A stretch of DNA of 32,000 nt, taken from Methylophaga frappieri (GTDB lineage: Bacteria > Pseudomonadota > Gammaproteobacteria > Nitrosococcales > Methylophagaceae). The DNA is taken from NCBI RefSeq assembly GCF_000260965.1, contig NC_017856.1:2665466-2697465 (forward strand), in the 5' to 3' direction. Shown here piece after piece: positions 28,368 to 32,000 of the stretch. Each line of letters begins with the position of its first letter. Position 1 is the stretch's first letter. Below the pieces are notes generated by a model that worked only from the letters and a program-made list of their open reading frames with translations, was not told the DNA's origin and did no database searches. A program made the translations under genes and the position numbers.

Positions 28368-31300
28368 ATGAGTAATTTTCAGTTTCTGCAAAGCGATTTT
28401 CCGGCACTCCATGCCGATGCCGTAGAAGCAGAACAACTGACTTTTCTCTCCCCGAAAGCTTCGGCGATTTTCTGCCGATCCAGCCTCGAAAATGCCGTTA
28501 ACTGGTTGTATGACAATGACCGTTCCCTTAACCGCCCATGGCGTGCTGATTTAAGCACCTTACTGCACGAACACAGCTTTAAATCATTATTTAACAACAC
28601 TTTATTTAATGAACTTAATCTGATTCGAAAAACCGGTAATATTGCTGCCCACGGCAAATCGGTCAGTCAGCAGGATGCTTTGGCCTCGCTGAAATACCTG
28701 TTTCGTTTTATGCGGCATCTGGCGATTTATTACGGTAAACACACACCCGAACCGCAGGTATTTGATGAAGCCTTAATCCCACATGGTCAGGCTACTCAGC
28801 CCAATGCACAGCAGCTTGCCGATACTGTCGCCGATGTGGAAGCCAAAAACGCCATTGAGCGTGAAGCCGAGCAACGTCAACGTCAACTGGCCGAACAAAA
28901 CGCCCAGTTAAAACAACAACTCGAACAACAAAAAGCCCTGCTGGCTGAACGTAAACAGGCCCGCGAAAAAACAGTCAATATCGAAGCGGCCGTGCCATTA
29001 CTGGTCTCTGAGGCCGAAACCCGGCGACGTTATATTGATTTATCACTGAAAGAAGCCGGTTGGGATAACTTGCAGGACGGTTATCACCTCGAATATGAAG
29101 TGACCGGCATGCCTAAAAGCACCAACCCTTCGTGCGTGGGCTATGTCGATTATGTGCTGTGGGGCGATGATGGTTTGCCACTGGCGGTGATTGAAGCCAA
29201 AAAAACCATGGTCGATTCCCGCAAAGGTAAACATCAGGCGGAGTTGTATGCCGATTGTCTGGAGCAGTTGAAAGGTCAGCGGCCGATTATTTTCTATAGC
29301 AGCGGCTTTGAAACCTATCTCTGGGATGACCAGTTTTATCCGGAACGCGAAGTTCAGGGCTTTTATAGCAAAGATGAATTGCAGTTACTCATCGAGCGAC
29401 GCAGAACCCGAACCGATTGTCGCGATTTTAAAGTTAATGAAGCCATTGCCGGGCGCGCCTATCAATTAGAAGCCGTGGCCCGTGTTGCTGAAAATACGGT
29501 GACGCAAAACAGCCAGGGCGAATTACGGGGCAGGGCGCGGCAAAGCTTATTGGTAATGGCAACGGGTAGTGGTAAAACCCGCACGGCAGCGGCGATTGTC
29601 GATATGCTCACCAAATGCAACTGGGCCAAACGGGTGTTGTTTCTCGCAGATCGTAATGCCCTGGTCTCACAGGCAAAAAATAATTTTAGTGAGCTGCTGC
29701 CACAGTTATCATCGATTGATCTCACCAAAGAAAAAGAAGATAACGGCACCCGCCTGGTATTTTCGACCTATCCGACCATCATGAACCGCATTGATGGCAT
29801 GCGAGACAGCGATACCCGCTTTTACGGAGTCGGCCATTTTGATCTAATTATCATCGATGAGGCGCATCGCTCGGTCTATCAGAAATACAAAGCGATTTTT
29901 GATTACTTTGACGCCCTATTGATTGGCCTGACCGCTACGCCCAAAGCCGAGGTCGATCACAATACCTATGGTTTATTCGGCATTGAGGATAACAACCCGA
30001 CCTTTGCTTATGAACTGGATAAAGCGGTGGAAGAGGGCTTTTTAGTACCGCCCAAAGCGATGTCGGTGCCGCTGAAATTTATGCGCGAAGGGGTGCATTA
30101 CAATCAGTTATCTGATGCTGAAAAAGCCGAGTATGAAGAGAAATTCGGCGATCCGACTCAGGGCGAAGCGCCGGATGAGATTGATAGTGCGGCCCTGAAT
30201 AAATGGTTATTTAACGGCGATACGGTTGATAAGGTGCTCGATCATCTTATGACGCACGGCATTAAAGTGCAGGGCGGGGATAAGCTCGGCAAGAGCATTA
30301 TTTTTGCCAAAAGTCATGACCATGCCTTGTTCATCGAAGAACGCTTTAATAAAAATTACCCCGAATATGCGGGCAAGTTTTTACGGGTAATCGATAACTA
30401 CGAAAGCAAAGCCCAGGATTTGCTGGAAGTCTTTGTGGATGAATATGAAGAACGCGATCCACAAATCGCCGTCTCGGTGGATATGATGGATACCGGTGTC
30501 GATGCGCCGCGCGTGGTCAACTTGGTGTTTTTCAAACCGGTGAAATCACCCACTAAATTCTGGCAAATGATCGGCCGGGGTACACGTTTATGCCCGGATT
30601 TATTTGGCATTGGTGAGCATAAAACGCATTTTGTCATTTTTGATTACTGCCAGAACTTTGAGTTTTTTGATGCCAACCCCGATGGTGTCCAGGGCAAAAT
30701 CGTTAAAAGCCTGATCCAGCAGGTATTTGAAGCGAAACTGGAAGTCGCCATGCTGATTCGCGGCGACACAGCCAGGACAGATGAGCAGGCAGACCTGGCC
30801 GAAAGTTATATCAACGAGCTGTATCAGGCGATTGCCGGTTTAGACAGAAACCGCTTCGTGGTCAAAGCCAAGCTAAGGTATGTGGTTGAGTTCAGCGACA
30901 AAGACCGTTGGCAGAATCTGTCCAAAAGTGATTTGCTGGATATCAATACCGAACTCGCCAAGCTGGTGCTGGCTGATAAAAACGATGATGAGTTTGCCCG
31001 GCGTTTCGATGTGCTGGTGCTGAATTTTCAGATAGCCTTATTAACCGGCTCGCATAGTCTGAGCCAGTTTATTAACAAAATAAGCAGCACCGCGAATGCT
31101 TTGTTAAAAAAGCAGAATATTCCTGCTATCGCTTTGCAAAAAGACCTGCTGAATGAATTACAAACCGAGGTTTTCTGGCAGGAAATCAGTGTCAACCGAC
31201 TGGAAAATGTGCGGGTCGCTTTGCGCGACTTGATGAAATATCTCGATAAAGATCAGCAGCCTATCGTCAACACCTCATTTGAAGACACACTGGAACACGA

Positions 31301-31820
31301 TAGCATCAGCATCCATGAGCCCATTGGCACCTACGTGACTCTGCAAAGCTACAAAGACAGGGTAGAGTCATATGTGCGAAGTCACAGTGATCACCTGGTG
31401 ATTCAAAAGCTGAAAAGCAATAAACCGATTACCGAAACCGAAATCAATCTGCTGGAAAGCATTCTTTTTGATGGTCAGACAGTCGGCACCAGACAGGAGT
31501 ACGTGGACACCTATGGTGATACACCGCTAGGCGTATTTATAAGGAATATTGTCGGACTGGATATGGCTGCTGCTCAGGCACATTTTGCAGAGTTTATTCA
31601 GGCTGGGAATTTACGCGCTGATCAGATGACGTTTATCAATAACATCATCAGCTACCTGAACAGAAATGGTGTGATTGAAAAAACCATGTTGTTCGAACCG
31701 CCATTTACCCATATCCACGATCAAGGCCTGTTAGGCGTGTTTGATGATGCTGCCGCGACCAAGGTGATTAGTTTGATTGACCGTGTTAATCAAAATGCCT
31801 TGGCAGCAGCGGCCAGCTAG
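28368..31820 (+). CDS. hsdR: Type I restriction enzyme R subunit (EcoEI/EcoAI-like core) with N-terminal DUF4145-like plus coiled-coil extension
   Basis: ATG 28368 has AGGGA 7 nt upstream. PD-(D/E)xK nuclease context is VDYVLWGDDGLPLAVIEAKK. Helicase motif I is MATGSGKT and motif II is IIIDEAHRS, with late motifs MMDTGVDAP and QMIGRGTR. The C-terminal EcoEI_R_C-like tail reads LGVFIRNIVGLDMAAAQAHFAEFI. The first ~215 aa are an extra module (see findings). Confidence 0.93.
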   Translation: MSNFQFLQSDFPALHADAVEAEQLTFLSPKASAIFCRSSLENAVNWLYDNDRSLNRPWRADLSTLLHEHSFKSLFNNTLFNELNLIRKTGNIAAHGKSVSQQDALASLKYLFRFMRHLAIYYGKHTPEPQVFDEALIPHGQATQPNAQQLADTVADVEAKNAIEREAEQRQRQLAEQNAQLKQQLEQQKALLAERKQAREKTVNIEAAVPLLVSEAETRRRYIDLSLKEAGWDNLQDGYHLEYEVTGMPKSTNPSCVGYVDYVLWGDDGLPLAVIEAKKTMVDSRKGKHQAELYADCLEQLKGQRPIIFYSSGFETYLWDDQFYPEREVQGFYSKDELQLLIERRRTRTDCRDFKVNEAIAGRAYQLEAVARVAENTVTQNSQGELRGRARQSLLVMATGSGKTRTAAAIVDMLTKCNWAKRVLFLADRNALVSQAKNNFSELLPQLSSIDLTKEKEDNGTRLVFSTYPTIMNRIDGMRDSDTRFYGVGHFDLIIIDEAHRSVYQKYKAIFDYFDALLIGLTATPKAEVDHNTYGLFGIEDNNPTFAYELDKAVEEGFLVPPKAMSVPLKFMREGVHYNQLSDAEKAEYEEKFGDPTQGEAPDEIDSAALNKWLFNGDTVDKVLDHLMTHGIKVQGGDKLGKSIIFAKSHDHALFIEERFNKNYPEYAGKFLRVIDNYESKAQDLLEVFVDEYEERDPQIAVSVDMMDTGVDAPRVVNLVFFKPVKSPTKFWQMIGRGTRLCPDLFGIGEHKTHFVIFDYCQNFEFFDANPDGVQGKIVKSLIQQVFEAKLEVAMLIRGDTARTDEQADLAESYINELYQAIAGLDRNRFVVKAKLRYVVEFSDKDRWQNLSKSDLLDINTELAKLVLADKNDDEFARRFDVLVLNFQIALLTGSHSLSQFINKISSTANALLKKQNIPAIALQKDLLNELQTEVFWQEISVNRLENVRVALRDLMKYLDKDQQPIVNTSFEDTLEHDSISIHEPIGTYVTLQSYKDRVESYVRSHSDHLVIQKLKSNKPITETEINLLESILFDGQTVGTRQEYVDTYGDTPLGVFIRNIVGLDMAAAQAHFAEFIQAGNLRADQMTFINNIISYLNRNGVIEKTMLFEPPFTHIHDQGLLGVFDDAAATKVISLIDRVNQNALAAAAS

Positions 31821-31829
31821 AGACTGAGA

Positions 31830-31899
31830 ACACGCACAGTTCGAATTTTAAATTCTACAGGCCAATCCTGCGTGTAATGACTCAGATTTTAAAATCTGA
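31830..31899. repeat. Cluster of AT-rich palindromes just downstream of hsdR
   Basis: A 7-bp inverted repeat ACACGCA (31830-31836) / TGCGTGT (31869-31875) encloses the palindrome GAATTT-T-AAATTC (31843-31855). A perfect 18-bp palindrome TCAGATTTTAAAATCTGA follows at 31882-31899. A further palindrome CACATA-T-TATGTG lies at 31935-31947. Confidence 0.85.
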
Positions 31900-32000
31900 A
31901 ACCGATCCGAATACCCCGGTGTTTTTTGTCATAACACATATTATGTGAACATCCCAACAGACAGATTCTAAAGCAGGATCTTGGAGAATGTCGCCTATAA

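Noticed and set aside
28026-28436. A 136-aa minus-strand ORF bridging the hsdS 3' end and the hsdR 5' end. I considered it as a possible hidden antisense regulator or toxin.
   Set aside because: The sequence (MFCFYGIGMECRK...CCFCCS...) is not protein-like. It fully overlaps the conserved HsdS C-terminal helix and the HsdR start, and it has no SD sequence.
31882-31899. A tRNA-Leu(UAA)-like anticodon stem-loop (CAGAT-TTTAAAA-ATCTG), considered as a possible tRNA or tRNA-fragment att site at the island edge.
   Set aside because: There is no acceptor stem, D-arm or GGTTCAAGTCC-type T-arm on either side. It is more simply an AT-rich palindrome.
1-32000. A window-wide search for CRISPR arrays, rRNA or tRNA genes, IS elements, integrases, toxin-antitoxin pairs or other small-gene defence modules.
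   Set aside because: There are no regularly spaced repeats and no tRNA cloverleaf candidates. No transposase- or integrase-like ORFs are present. All gaps above 100 nt were inspected (5908-6008, 12481-12620, 19424-19682, 25318-25699, 31821-32000) and none contains a convincing small CDS.

Overview
This is a gammaproteobacterial chromosomal window of moderate GC. I cannot verify the taxon. The tmk-holB-pilZ-tatD layout suggests a Pseudomonas-, Methylophaga- or Thiotrichales-like organism.

nt 1-18.8 kb is a dense, entirely plus-strand block of housekeeping operons: tig (5'-truncated)-clpP-clpX-lon; a dedD-like SPOR protein-cvpA-purF; and yceD-rpmF-plsX-fabH-fabD-fabG-acpP-fabF-pabC-mltG-tmk-holB-pilZ-ycfH. 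Many junctions are 4-nt start/stop overlaps: GTGA at plsX/fabH, ATGA at pabC/mltG, ATGA at mltG/tmk and GTGA at tmk/holB. rpmF (59 aa) is real but falls below the ORF-track cutoff.

nt 18.8-25.3 kb is looser and looks lineage-variable. It holds an SGNH lipoprotein esterase, then a MocR-type (GntR wHTH plus aminotransferase fold) regulator apparently co-transcribed with an orphan CcoG/FixG-type ferredoxin and a YbfB/YjiJ-type MFS protein. A convergent acuI(yhdH)-like oxidoreductase and ribA follow.

nt 25.7-31.8 kb is a complete type I restriction-modification cassette, hsdM-hsdS-hsdR. HsdR carries a ~215-aa N-terminal DUF4145-like plus coiled-coil extension. HsdS has conspicuously AT-rich target-recognition domains.

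I saw no rRNA, tRNA, CRISPR array, integrase or transposase. I did not find a convincing wholly new multi-gene system. Every long ORF not assigned to a recognisable family is antisense or out of frame with one that is. The items most worth follow-up are the HsdR N-terminal module, the mocR-ccoG-MFS unit with its ATGACG/CGTCAT palindromes, and the non-coding flanks of the R-M cassette.
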